Positions 9,053 to 17,594 of a DNA stretch of 25,343 bases are shown here, piece after piece; position 1 is the first letter of the stretch; each line of letters opens with the position of its first letter. The position numbers were made by a program, and so were the translations under genes. Where the stretch lies: the NCBI GenBank assembly GCA_017861215.1, contig JAGFXN010000006.1:1-25343 (forward strand), given 5' to 3'. The notes below the pieces were generated by a model. That model made no database searches, was not told the DNA's origin, and saw only the letters and a program-made list of their open reading frames with translations. This DNA is from Deltaproteobacteria bacterium (GTDB lineage Bacteria; Desulfobacterota; Desulfuromonadia; Geobacterales; DSM-12255).

Positions 9053-10693
9053 TTACTCGATCGCCATGAAGCGGCAGGCATCATAGCATGACTTGCACTT
9101 GGTACATTTTTCCTTGATCAGTTCGGCAACCTGTCCTTTTTCCCATTTAATAGCATCAACCGGACAGGCCTTGAGACAGGCGCCGCATTTGACACATTTC
9201 TCGGGTATAACCTGCCAGAGGAGAAGTTCCTTGCAGCAGTTGGAAGGACAGCGCTTGTCGTTTATGTGAGCCTCATACTCTTGGCGGAAATACTTGATTG
9301 TGGAGAGAATCGGATTAGGAGCTGTCTGGCCAAGACCGCAGAGCGAAGCCTTCTTGATGGTGGTACCCATTTCGAGAAGTTTCTCGATGTCAGATGCCTC
9401 ACCTCGCCCTTCGGTGATCTTCTCAAGGATATCGAGCATCGCTTTCAGACCGATCCTGCAGGGAACGCACTTGCCGCAGGACTCGTCACGAGTAAAATTA
9501 AGAAAGAAGCGGGCAACGTCAACCATGCAGGTTGTTTCGTCCATGACGACCAGTCCGCCGGAACCCATCATGGCACCAGCCTTGATCAGTGAATCATAAT
9601 CAACAGGAGTGTCGAGAATATCCGCCGGTATACAACCGCCGGAAGGCCCGCCGGCCTGAACAGCCTTGAACTTCCTGTTATTGGCGATACCACCGCAGAC
9701 GCTGTAGATAACATCACGGACAGTCATCCCGGCCGGAACTTCGACAAGTCCGGTATGCTTCACCTTGCCGGTGACCGCAAAAATCTTGGTGCCCTTGGTT
9801 GTCTCGGTTCCCAGAGAAGCGTACCATTCTGCACCTTTAAGGATGATATGGCGGACGTTGGCAAAAGTTTCAACATTATTGATATTAGTCGGCTTGCCCC
9901 AGAGGCCCTTGACAGCCGGGAACGGCGGCCGGGGACGCGGCATGCCGCGCTCGCCTTCAATAGAGGCCATCAGCGCGGTCTCTTCTCCGCAGACGAACGC
10001 TCCAGCGCCCTTTTTGATTCTGAGATCAAAATCAAAACCGAATCCCATGACGTTTTTGCCGAGATAGCCCTTTTCGTAGCAGACATCGATGGCCATCTGC
10101 AGGCGCTCAATAGCCAGAGGATATTCGGCCCGGACATAGACATAACCGTAGGTGGCGCCGATAGCGAATCCGGCGATCATCATCCCCTCGATGATACAGT
10201 AGGGGTCGCCTTCGAGGATAGAACGGTCCATGAATGCACCGGGATCACCTTCGTCGGCATTGCAGATGACATATTTCAGCTTTCCGGGTGATGCGGCACA
10301 GAAAGACCACTTCATGCCGGTGGGGAAACCTCCGCCGCCGCGCCCTCTGAGGCCGGATTTCTTAACAAATGTATTATAATAAGGCTTGGCCTTGCGCTTC
10401 TCAAGAATCGTCATATTGACAATGTGTTCATTGACAATGTTTTCGACCTCTTCCGGCTTAACAAAATCGTAGGTGACACGCCCCTGCTCTTCGGTGATGA
10501 TATCGACCAGAACATCGTTGGCACAGAGACCGCGACAGCCGGTCTTGATGACGTCACAGCGCTTGCCGACAACGGCACTAAGGCCCTTCTCGGCAATAAC
10601 CCTGACGAACTCGGCCTCGACCTCTTTGGCCCCCATCGAAACACCGCCGGTCCCCTGGCAAATCAGAATTTTTATTGCTGCATTTTCGCTCAT
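9053..10693 (-). CDS. nuoF: NADH-quinone oxidoreductase subunit F, HydB/HndC-like multidomain form (apparently with an internal in-frame deletion)
   Basis: 546 aa; SGLRGRGGGGFPTGMKW, CNADEGDPGAFMDR, AFVCGEETAL, GGPSGG, CGKCVPCRIG..CGLG; N-terminal thioredoxin-like domain and C-terminal 2x CxxCxxCxxxC. Confidence 0.93.
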   Translation of the reverse strand: MSENAAIKILICQGTGGVSMGAKEVEAEFVRVIAEKGLSAVVGKRCDVIKTGCRGLCANDVLVDIITEEQGRVTYDFVKPEEVENIVNEHIVNMTILEKRKAKPYYNTFVKKSGLRGRGGGGFPTGMKWSFCAASPGKLKYVICNADEGDPGAFMDRSILEGDPYCIIEGMMIAGFAIGATYGYVYVRAEYPLAIERLQMAIDVCYEKGYLGKNVMGFGFDFDLRIKKGAGAFVCGEETALMASIEGERGMPRPRPPFPAVKGLWGKPTNINNVETFANVRHIILKGAEWYASLGTETTKGTKIFAVTGKVKHTGLVEVPAGMTVRDVIYSVCGGIANNRKFKAVQAGGPSGGCIPADILDTPVDYDSLIKAGAMMGSGGLVVMDETTCMVDVARFFLNFTRDESCGKCVPCRIGLKAMLDILEKITEGRGEASDIEKLLEMGTTIKKASLCGLGQTAPNPILSTIKYFRQEYEAHINDKRCPSNCCKELLLWQVIPEKCVKCGACLKACPVDAIKWEKGQVAELIKEKCTKCKSCYDACRFMAIE

Positions 10694-10726
10694 GACTGAA
10701 TTGTCCCTTACCGAAATAGTATCGAG

Positions 10727-11251
10727 CTACTTTTTCATTGGTCTCTGATTATAGTCTGCAATGATCTCTTCCACCTTCTGCACCGTCATTGAACCGTAGG
10801 TGGCATCATTGACCATGGCAAGAGGCGCCATCCCGCAAGCTCCGAGACAGGCGACCTTTTCGAAGGTATAGCGCAAGTCTGCCGATGTTTCCGCGTGTCC
10901 GATGTGAAGCTTGTCAAAAAAAGTCTCAACAATCCTGGTAGCACCCTGGACGTGACAGGCAGTACCAACGCAAACGCGGATGATGAAACGGCCGCGGGGC
11001 TTGAGATGGAACTGTGCATAAAAGGTTAGCACTCCGTAGATCTGGCTCGGATAAACATTGAGCCTCTCGGCAACAAGCTCTATCGTCGGCTTCGGAACAT
11101 ACCCATACTCGTCCTGAATCCCCTGAAGAACCGGCATCAGGTTGCCGTGAAGGGTGAGATATTTATCGATAACCGCATTTGCTGCCGTCAAATCGATCGG
11201 CTCTTCAACCTTCTCTTCAGTTTCACTATTTTGGGCGGTTGCGTTACTCAT
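10727..11251 (-). CDS. nuoE: NADH-quinone oxidoreductase subunit E ([2Fe-2S])
   Basis: 174 aa; VLQGIQDEYGYVP, GVLTFYAQF, CVGTACHVQG, CLGACGMAP. Confidence 0.96.
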   Translation of the reverse strand: MSNATAQNSETEEKVEEPIDLTAANAVIDKYLTLHGNLMPVLQGIQDEYGYVPKPTIELVAERLNVYPSQIYGVLTFYAQFHLKPRGRFIIRVCVGTACHVQGATRIVETFFDKLHIGHAETSADLRYTFEKVACLGACGMAPLAMVNDATYGSMTVQKVEEIIADYNQRPMKK

Positions 11252-11277
11252 GGACTTCCATCTCCTTTGCAGGGAGT

Positions 11278-12450
11278 TTAACGGTCAATTTCACCCAGAA
11301 CGATATCAAGGGTTCCGATTACAGCTACAAGGTCGGCAATCATGGCGCCTTTTGCCATCTTCTCGATAGCAGAGAGATTGACAAATGAAGGGGGACGAAC
11401 TCTCATCCGGTATGGCTTGTTACCGCCGTCACTGACGAGATAAAAACCCAGCTCGCCTTTCGGCGCCTCCACTGACTGGTAAATCTCACCTTCAGGAACA
11501 GGGAACCCTTCGCTGGCAATCTTGAAGTGATGGATAAGACCTTCGATTGAGTTATAGACGTTCTCTTTCGGCGGATAGCAGACCTGCGGCTCGTCTGCGA
11601 GCACCGGACCAGGCTTGAGAGCTTTCAATGCCTGGGAGATTATGTTCACTGCTTCGCGCATTTCAATAAGGCGGACCTTGTAACGGTCGAAGGTGTCACA
11701 CTTCTCGCCGACAGGAACCTTGAAGCTGTACTTGTCATAACCGCTGTACGGGTTGTCGCGGCGAAGGTCCCAGTCAACGCCGGAGCCACGCAGCGCCGGA
11801 CCGGTGATCCCTGCATCGATTGCGTCCTCGGCAGAGATCACGCCGTTACCGACAGTCCGCTGCAACCAGATGGTGTTCTTGGTGAGAAGCCCCTCGTAGG
11901 TATCGAAGAAACCGGGGAAAGTGTCGATAATTTCCTGGACATCCTTTTCAAACCCGGCATAGACATCGGCTGAAAGCCCGCCGACGCGGTAGTAGTTGCT
12001 CGTCATGCGTGCACCGGAAAGCTTTTCATACAGCTGCATAACCTTCTCACGCTCGCGGAAGGCATAGATGAATACTGTCATGGCGCCGATATCGAGAGCG
12101 TGACAGGCAAGCCATACCAGATGAGACTTGAGACGGGTCAGCTCCGCCGTAATGACACGGACCGTTTGTGCCCTCTCAGGCACCTCGATACCGAGAAGCT
12201 TTTCCACCGCCAGGACATACCCGAGATTGTTGCTCATCGGCGCCAGATAGTCCATTCGGTCGGTCAGCGGCAGTGCCTGATGATAAGTCCTGTACTCGGA
12301 AAGCTTTTCAATACCGCGGTGGAGATAACCGATATGCGGGGTAATCTTGCGGATTATCTCACCGTCAAGTTCGAGTACCAACCGCAAAACCCCGTGTGTT
12401 GACGGATGCTGCGGTCCCATGTTTAGTGTCATTGTCTCTATTTGTGCCAT
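11278..12450 (-). CDS. nuoD: NADH-quinone oxidoreductase subunit D
   Basis: Likely start is ATG 12450 (MAQIETMTLNMGPQHPSTHGVLRL); IGYLHRGIEK, VEAPKGELG, C-terminal DIVLGEIDR. Confidence 0.97.
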   Translation of the reverse strand: MAQIETMTLNMGPQHPSTHGVLRLVLELDGEIIRKITPHIGYLHRGIEKLSEYRTYHQALPLTDRMDYLAPMSNNLGYVLAVEKLLGIEVPERAQTVRVITAELTRLKSHLVWLACHALDIGAMTVFIYAFREREKVMQLYEKLSGARMTSNYYRVGGLSADVYAGFEKDVQEIIDTFPGFFDTYEGLLTKNTIWLQRTVGNGVISAEDAIDAGITGPALRGSGVDWDLRRDNPYSGYDKYSFKVPVGEKCDTFDRYKVRLIEMREAVNIISQALKALKPGPVLADEPQVCYPPKENVYNSIEGLIHHFKIASEGFPVPEGEIYQSVEAPKGELGFYLVSDGGNKPYRMRVRPPSFVNLSAIEKMAKGAMIADLVAVIGTLDIVLGEIDR

Positions 12451-12499
12451 TGATTTTTCACCCCTGCAGAGTGTTGAATACATGTATGTGTTTAGCGGA

Positions 12500-12985
12500 T
12501 CAGGAAAGGCGCCCCTTGTATGGCTCCCTATCCGGTCCCTGGAGTGGATAGTCCTTGCGCAGCGGATGACCGGCCCAGTCGTCCGTCATCAGAATCCTGC
12601 GCAGGTCAGGATGGCTATTGAAGGTTATGCCGAATAGATCGTACACCTCGCGCTCAAGCCATTCCGCTGTAGACCAGACCTTATAGACAGTATCGATCGA
12701 ACAGCAGCTCTCGCTGACTTGCGCCTTGATCCTGAGCCTGTCCTTGTTCGGGATGGAGTATAAATTGTAGACCATCATGAATCTCGGCTCCTGTCCAAGA
12801 TAGTCTACCGCGGTAACATCGGTCAGCAGGTTGAAGGCAAGAGCTGTCTTCAGGAAACTGCAGATGTCGACAATATTCTCTTTCTTCACGGTAACGGTGA
12901 CTTCGCCGCGAAATTCCTTGATGTCGACGATGTCAGCAGCGAAACGCTCTTTCAGCTTGATTACTGCACGATTATTTTCTGCCAT
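12500..12985 (-). CDS. nuoC: NADH-quinone oxidoreductase subunit C
   Basis: 161 aa; WLEREVYDLFGITF, HPDLRRILM, GHPLRKDYPL. Confidence 0.97.
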   Translation of the reverse strand: MAENNRAVIKLKERFAADIVDIKEFRGEVTVTVKKENIVDICSFLKTALAFNLLTDVTAVDYLGQEPRFMMVYNLYSIPNKDRLRIKAQVSESCCSIDTVYKVWSTAEWLEREVYDLFGITFNSHPDLRRILMTDDWAGHPLRKDYPLQGPDREPYKGRLS

Positions 12986-13018
12986 ATCAGCCGTACCTCT
13001 TCCTTTACTCTTGATAGC

Positions 13019-13531
13019 TTATGCAGCGGAGTCGTAACGCTCACCAAGACCGATTGTCGATCCGAAGGAGTTGCGCTCCCGCATTATCTTTTCCTGAAGC
13101 TTGATCAAGCCAAAGAGCAGAGCTTCCGGACGGGGAGGGCAACCCGGGATATAGACATCGACCGGTAAAGCTTCATCAACCCCCTGCACAACACTGTAGG
13201 TATCAAAAATTCCGCCTGAACAGGCGCAGGCCCCCATGGCAATCACCCATTTCGGCTCCGGCATCTGCTCATAAACCGTCATGATGACCGGCAGCATCTT
13301 TTTGGTGACGGTCCCGGCGATAATAATGCAGTCGGATTGACGCGGGGATGCACGGAAAATTATCCCGAAACGGTCAAGGTCATTGTGGGACGCCCCTGTT
13401 GCCATCATCTCGATGGCACAGCAAGCAAGACCGAAGGTCATCGGCCAGATGGATGATTTGCGTGCCCAGTTGACAAGGCCGTCCAGAGACGCGGTGAGAA
13501 TGTTATCTCCAAGAGGATTATCTACTCCCAT
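13019..13531 (-). CDS. nuoB: NADH-quinone oxidoreductase subunit B
   Basis: Likely start is ATG 13531 (MGVDNPLG), overlapping the nuoA stop by 10 nt; [45 protein letters not shown]. Confidence 0.97.
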   Translation of the reverse strand: MGVDNPLGDNILTASLDGLVNWARKSSIWPMTFGLACCAIEMMATGASHNDLDRFGIIFRASPRQSDCIIIAGTVTKKMLPVIMTVYEQMPEPKWVIAMGACACSGGIFDTYSVVQGVDEALPVDVYIPGCPPRPEALLFGLIKLQEKIMRERNSFGSTIGLGERYDSAA

Positions 13532-13878
13532 TCCAAGGCTCCTTTTTTCCATACATAAATATAGCCGACGAAGAGGATTACCACGAATACCCCCATCTCC
13601 ATAAGGCCAAAAACCCCCAGACGCTTGAAAAGAACCGCCCAGGGGTAAAGGAATACACACTCTATATCGAACAGAATAAAAAGCATGGCTATTATGTAGA
13701 ACTTGATGGAGAAGCGCTCCTGCGCGCTACCTACAGGCTCGCAACCGCTTTCATACGGCTGAAGTTTGAGCGGCGAAATCTTTTTCTGACCGATAAGCGC
13801 TGAGAATACGACCGAGCCAAGCCCGAAACAGAGCGCAACCACCAAAAGTAAAATTATCGGGAGATATGCACCTAACAT
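13522..13878 (-). CDS. nuoA: NADH-quinone oxidoreductase subunit A
   Basis: Likely start is ATG 13878 ([15 protein letters not shown] upstream); [31 protein letters not shown]. Confidence 0.97.
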   Translation of the reverse strand: MLGAYLPIILLLVVALCFGLGSVVFSALIGQKKISPLKLQPYESGCEPVGSAQERFSIKFYIIAMLFILFDIECVFLYPWAVLFKRLGVFGLMEMGVFVVILFVGYIYVWKKGALEWE

Positions 13879-13957
13879 CTGATCCTCCGTCCACCCATTT
13901 ATTGCAAGCTCGTCGCCAATCACCCTGTTATTTCAGATAATTGGGAAACCCTTGCAT

Positions 13958-13975
13958 TACTGTATACAGTATACA
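13958..13975. promoter_or_regulatory. Palindromic operator candidate just downstream of the nuoA promoter
   Basis: Perfect 14-bp palindrome TACTGTATACAGTA (13958-13971), overlapping a tandem GTATACA repeat (13962-13975). Confidence 0.7.
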
Positions 13976-13984
13976 ATGCGGCGC

Positions 13985-14013
13985 AATTTAGGTCATTTAA
14001 CCTTCTTTGTCAA
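13985..14013 (-). promoter_or_regulatory. Sigma70-type promoter of the nuo operon
   Basis: Minus strand TTGACA (14013-14008), 17-nt spacer, TAAATT (13990-13985); AT-rich tract upstream. Confidence 0.75.
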
Positions 14014-14093
14014 GGGAAAAAATCTCTTAATCTTTGCCTTTTTTTCAATAGCTCCTGCTAATAAAGACGGCCACAAATTAGCCGATTAATGCC

Positions 14094-14123
14094 TTGACAC
14101 GATTCGCGGTTATGTGCTAACTC
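14094..14123 (+). promoter_or_regulatory. Putative sigma70 promoter of hemL
   Basis: TTGACA (14094-14099), 18 nt, TAACTC preceded by TGn. Confidence 0.5.
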
Positions 14124-14166
14124 TTCGTAAATCATAGTGTTTCTCAATTCAGTCTGCGAGGGTTAC

Positions 14167-15450
14167 ATGAACCACACAAAATCAAGTCAGCTTTTTGCTG
14201 CCGCAAAAGAGATCATTCCTGGCGGCGTCAACAGCCCGGTACGGGCTTTCAAATCCGTTGGCGCCGATCCGGTTTTCATAACCCGCGCAGCCGGCTCACA
14301 CATTTTTGATGCTGACGGCAACGACTATATTGATTATGTCGGCTCCTGGGGTCCGATGATTCTTGGTCACTGTCACCCTGATGTGGTTGCTGCCGTCAAA
14401 AAGACTGCCGAAAGCGGCTGCAGCTTCGGCGCACCGACAGAACTCGAAATCAGACTGGCGGAAATGGTCATCGACGCTGTACCGTCCATCGAGATGGTCA
14501 GGATGGTAAGCTCCGGCACCGAAGCAACGATGAGCGCCATCCGCCTTGCCCGCGGCTATACCTGCCGCGACAAGATCATGAAGTTTTCCGGCTGTTATCA
14601 CGGGCACTCCGACGCCCTGCTTGTCAAGGCGGGTTCCGGCGCCGCCACCTTCGGCGTTCCCGATTCCCCCGGCGTTCCGCAGGACTTTGCCAAGCACACC
14701 CTTACCGCTGCCTTCAACAGTCTGGATTCAGTCAAGAGACTGATTACTGAGAACAAGGGTCAGATCGCCTGCATCATCATTGAACCGATTGCCGGCAACA
14801 TGGGGACAGTACCGCCGCAGCCCGGCTTTCTCGAAGGACTTCGCCAGCTCTGCAGCGACGAAGGTATGGTGCTCATCTTTGACGAGGTCATGTCCGGTTT
14901 CAGGGTGGCGCTTGGCGGCGCACAGGAGGTCTACGGCGTAACTCCCGACATGACGACACTCGGCAAGATTATCGGCGGCGGACTTCCGGTAGGCGCGTTC
15001 GGCGGCAAAAAGGAGATCATGTCGCTCCTCTCACCGTCCGGGGGAGTATACCAGGCCGGAACACTTTCCGGAAACCCCCTGGCAATGGCCGCCGGCATTG
15101 CCACTTTGAAGCTGCTTCAACAGCCCGGCTTTTATCAGCAGCTTGAAGAGAAGAGCGCCTATCTTGCTGCCGGGATCGCCAAAGCAGCACAAGATGCCGG
15201 CTACCCGCTCTTTTCCACCCGTGTCGGCAGCATGATCTGCGCCTTCTTCACCAAGCAGGAAGTGACTGACTGGGAGAGCGCCGCTACCTGCGACACCAAG
15301 GCTTTTGCTACCTATTTCCGCGCCATGCTCGAAGAAGGAATTTATCTGGCGCCGTCCCAGTTCGAGACGGGTTTCGTCTCAATCGCCCACACCCGCGAAG
15401 AGCTTGACAGAACCATAGCCGCCGCAGGAAAATGTTTCCGGCTGCTGTAA
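14167..15450 (+). CDS. hemL: Glutamate-1-semialdehyde 2,1-aminomutase
   Basis: ATG 14167 (MNHTKSS, SD GAGG); [55 protein letters not shown] (PLP lysine). Confidence 0.98.
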   Translation: MNHTKSSQLFAAAKEIIPGGVNSPVRAFKSVGADPVFITRAAGSHIFDADGNDYIDYVGSWGPMILGHCHPDVVAAVKKTAESGCSFGAPTELEIRLAEMVIDAVPSIEMVRMVSSGTEATMSAIRLARGYTCRDKIMKFSGCYHGHSDALLVKAGSGAATFGVPDSPGVPQDFAKHTLTAAFNSLDSVKRLITENKGQIACIIIEPIAGNMGTVPPQPGFLEGLRQLCSDEGMVLIFDEVMSGFRVALGGAQEVYGVTPDMTTLGKIIGGGLPVGAFGGKKEIMSLLSPSGGVYQAGTLSGNPLAMAAGIATLKLLQQPGFYQQLEEKSAYLAAGIAKAAQDAGYPLFSTRVGSMICAFFTKQEVTDWESAATCDTKAFATYFRAMLEEGIYLAPSQFETGFVSIAHTREELDRTIAAAGKCFRLL

Positions 15451-15516
15451 ACGGCTGCCAGACAGTTTCTGCTCGCAATGTCAGCCTGCGGACAGGCGCC
15501 AGAACACAAATCGCTG

Positions 15517-15545
15517 TTGACAGCCTTTGTCTGGCATGTTATGTA
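15517..15545 (+). promoter_or_regulatory. Putative sigma70 promoter of the atpZIBE block
   Basis: TTGACA (15517-15522), 17 nt, TATGTA with upstream TGn. Confidence 0.5.
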
Positions 15546-15589
15546 ATTCAGGTTTTGCTGCCCCTTACACGCTGCTTTTTGATAACTAC

Positions 15590-15835
15590 ATGGCCCTAAG
15601 TGAAGACAAGAAAGAGCTGCTGCGGATTCTGGGCAACGTCTCAAGCATGGGAATTTCGGTGGCTGTTGCCATTGCCATCGGTGTTGCCATGGGACTGCAG
15701 CTTGACAAATGGTTCAACACTGCTCCCTGGTTTTTCTTCATCTTCCTCTTTTTCGGAATTGTTGCCGGATTCAGGAATGTTTACCGGGTTTCCAGCAAAG
15801 AGATTCATAGGGATGAAGCTGATCACGATAAATGA
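15590..15835 (+). CDS. atpZ: AtpZ/AtpI-family small membrane protein (F0 accessory)
   Basis: From ATG 15590: MALSEDKKELLRILGNVSSMGISVAVAIAIGVAMGLQLDKWFNTAPWFFFIFLFFGIVAGFRNVYR; two TMs with the GxxLDxW..T.PW pattern; start codon uncertain (no clear SD). Confidence 0.85.
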   Translation: MALSEDKKELLRILGNVSSMGISVAVAIAIGVAMGLQLDKWFNTAPWFFFIFLFFGIVAGFRNVYRVSSKEIHRDEADHDK

Positions 15836-16205
15836 GGGAAATGTCCAGGCTGTTATTATCAAAGGGAGTCTGCTGCTTCTGGCTGTTCTGTCTGTTGCCG
15901 GTTTTTTCTTTGTTTCGGCACGCTTTGCCTGCAGCGTTCTTGCCGGCGGCGCACTGACACTGCTTAACCACTGCTGGCTGAGAAGTATCCTGGAACGGGT
16001 ACTCTCCGGACAGACCGAAAATGCCGCAAGATACACCTTGCTCCGCTACCTGTTGCGGCTTACGTTGATAGCTGTCGCGGTAGTTGCTCTTTTCAGGCTT
16101 CATGTTGACATCGGCGGACTTTTTGCCGGGCTGTCAATACTGGTTATTGCGACCATAACAGTTTCCATATATTCACTGGTGCATCACAAAGGAGAATCGT
16201 CATGA
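15813..16205 (+). CDS. atpI: ATP synthase protein I
   Basis: Likely ATG 15813 ([10 protein letters not shown]...); about 4 TMs, immediately upstream of atpB with an ATGA overlap. Confidence 0.8.
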   Translation: MKLITINEGNVQAVIIKGSLLLLAVLSVAGFFFVSARFACSVLAGGALTLLNHCWLRSILERVLSGQTENAARYTLLRYLLRLTLIAVAVVALFRLHVDIGGLFAGLSILVIATITVSIYSLVHHKGESS

Positions 16206-16891
16206 TCCACCCCATACTTTTCCTGCAGTTTTTCCGTGAGCTGCTTGCTCCGCTCCATATCTCTGCAGCCGGAATTGACGCGATTGCCTACACCTGGCTG
16301 ATCATAGCCCTGCTGGCAATGGTCTCGATTGTGGCAACCAAAGCCGTCAAAATGGTTCCAGGCGGACTGCAGAACTTCATGGAAGTCGTCGTTGGCGGCA
16401 TCGAGAACATGATCGTCGAAACCATGGGTGAGCATGGCCGTCCGTTCTTCCCGCTGATCGCAACCCTTGCCATCTTCATCCTCGTCTCAAACCTCATTGG
16501 ACTTATTCCCGGATTCTTTCCGCCGACTGCCAACATCAACACCACCGCCGCCTGTGCTGTCGTCGTATTCGTGATGACCCATGTCGTCGGTGTTAAAGAG
16601 CACGGGGTAAAGTACATCAAGCATTTCATGGGGCCAATCATCTGGCTCGCACCGATGATGTTCTTCATCGAGGTCATCGGCCACTTCAGCCGGGTCATCT
16701 CCCTCACGCTCCGTCTTTTCGGAAACATGAACGGTCACGAACTCGTCCTGATGATCTTCTTCGGCCTGGCCCCTTTCATGGTGCCGCTGCCGATGATGCT
16801 GATGGGTGTGCTCGTATCCTGCATCCAGGCATTTGTATTCATGCTGCTGGCGATGATCTATATACAGGGCTCACTGGAGCATGCACATTAG
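16202..16891 (+). CDS. atpB: ATP synthase F0 subunit a
   Basis: 229 aa; [36 protein letters not shown] (essential Arg), [12 protein letters not shown]. Confidence 0.98.
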   Translation: MIHPILFLQFFRELLAPLHISAAGIDAIAYTWLIIALLAMVSIVATKAVKMVPGGLQNFMEVVVGGIENMIVETMGEHGRPFFPLIATLAIFILVSNLIGLIPGFFPPTANINTTAACAVVVFVMTHVVGVKEHGVKYIKHFMGPIIWLAPMMFFIEVIGHFSRVISLTLRLFGNMNGHELVLMIFFGLAPFMVPLPMMLMGVLVSCIQAFVFMLLAMIYIQGSLEHAH

Positions 16892-17042
16892 AATCAGGTT
16901 AAGGTAGAGATAGAGGAAATCCACAACCTGCTCTCGGGATCAGGGAACAAAGGATTTGGAAGTTGACTCTGCTGTTCACTATTCACAACTTTTTTCCTAT
17001 ACAATTTAGGAAATATAAACCAACCGCAGAAGGAGAAAGAAA

Positions 17043-17318
17043 ATGAGCTTTTTTACAATGTGTGTACTCGCAGCAGGCATCGGCATGGCACTCGGCACCC
17101 TCGGCACCGGCATTGGTCAGGGACTGGCAGTCGCCCGCGCCGTTGAAGGCGTTTCCCGCAACCCCGGCGCATCCGGCAAGATCCTCACCACCATGATGAT
17201 CGGTCTCGCCATGATCGAGTCGCTCGCCATCTACGCTCTCGTTGTCTGCCTCATCATCCTCTTTGCCAACCCGTACAAAGATATCGCCATCAAGCTTGCG
17301 GAAACTGTAGCAAAGTAA
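17043..17318 (+). CDS. atpE: ATP synthase F0 subunit c
   Basis: 91 aa; GxGxGxGQG, SRNP loop, MIESLAIY carboxylate; SD AAGGAG. Confidence 0.98.
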   Translation: MSFFTMCVLAAGIGMALGTLGTGIGQGLAVARAVEGVSRNPGASGKILTTMMIGLAMIESLAIYALVVCLIILFANPYKDIAIKLAETVAK

Positions 17319-17337
17319 TTTGTTCCTTTCCAGGAAG

Positions 17338-17381
17338 GCAATAAAAAAGGGGGAGCCATTTGGCACCCCCTTTTTTATTGC
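17338..17381. terminator. Intrinsic terminator after atpE (bidirectional geometry)
   Basis: GCAATAAAAAAGGGGG-AGCCATTTGGCA-CCCCCTTTTTTATTGC: long inverted repeat with A/T tracts on both sides. Confidence 0.9.
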
Positions 17382-17512
17382 TTCAACTGCATGCAGCAGC
17401 TTCCTACTTTCCCCTACGCGGCTCTGATCACCACAAACCTCGCCCCGTTACCATGTTCAAAGGGTATCGCCAGAATTCTTCGCCGAACTGATCTACAGCC
17501 ACCACAACAACT

Positions 17513-17531
17513 GATAATGATTTTCATTTGC
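17513..17531. promoter_or_regulatory. Fur box
   Basis: GATAATGATTTTCATTTGC matches the classical GATAATGATAATCATTATC consensus at 15/19; the 7-1-7 core TGATAAT-G-ATTTTCA has 1 mismatch; overlaps a putative -35. Confidence 0.8.
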
Positions 17532-17555
17532 AAATTTAACCCGACATGCTAGTAT
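17528..17555 (+). promoter_or_regulatory. Putative promoter of the 95-aa secreted protein gene
   Basis: TTGCAA (17528-17533), 16 nt, TGn-TAGTAT (17550-17555); SD GGAGG at 17584. Confidence 0.55.
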
Positions 17556-17594
17556 GAACTTACAAGCAGCAAAATTAATGAATGGAGGCGGGCC

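Noticed and set aside
12478-12487. 10-bp palindrome ATACATGTAT in the nuoC-nuoD spacer
   Set aside because: It is short and AT-rich with no adjacent promoter elements; chance occurrence is likely.
12451-13923. Longer N-termini given by the ORF track for nuoD (12483), nuoB (13660) and nuoA (13923); likewise nuoG (9033), hemL (14137), atpZ (15527), atpI (15600), erythrin (21382) and HAD (24127)
   Set aside because: Downstream ATGs give family-typical N-termini and mostly better SD placement; the extensions overlap neighbouring genes or promoters.
13960-13969. LexA/SOS box reading of CTGTATACAG
   Set aside because: The E. coli-type SOS box needs CTGT-N8-ACAG; the spacer here is only 2 nt.
16971-16988. 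Rex operator upstream of atpE
   Set aside because: Only the TTCACAA half-site is present; the TTGTGAA half is missing.
17414-17527. 37-aa minus-strand ORF MKIIISCCGGCRSVRRR... starting inside the Fur box
   Set aside because: It has no SD or promoter; the Cys cluster is eye-catching but consistent with chance. Ribosome profiling would be needed to support it.
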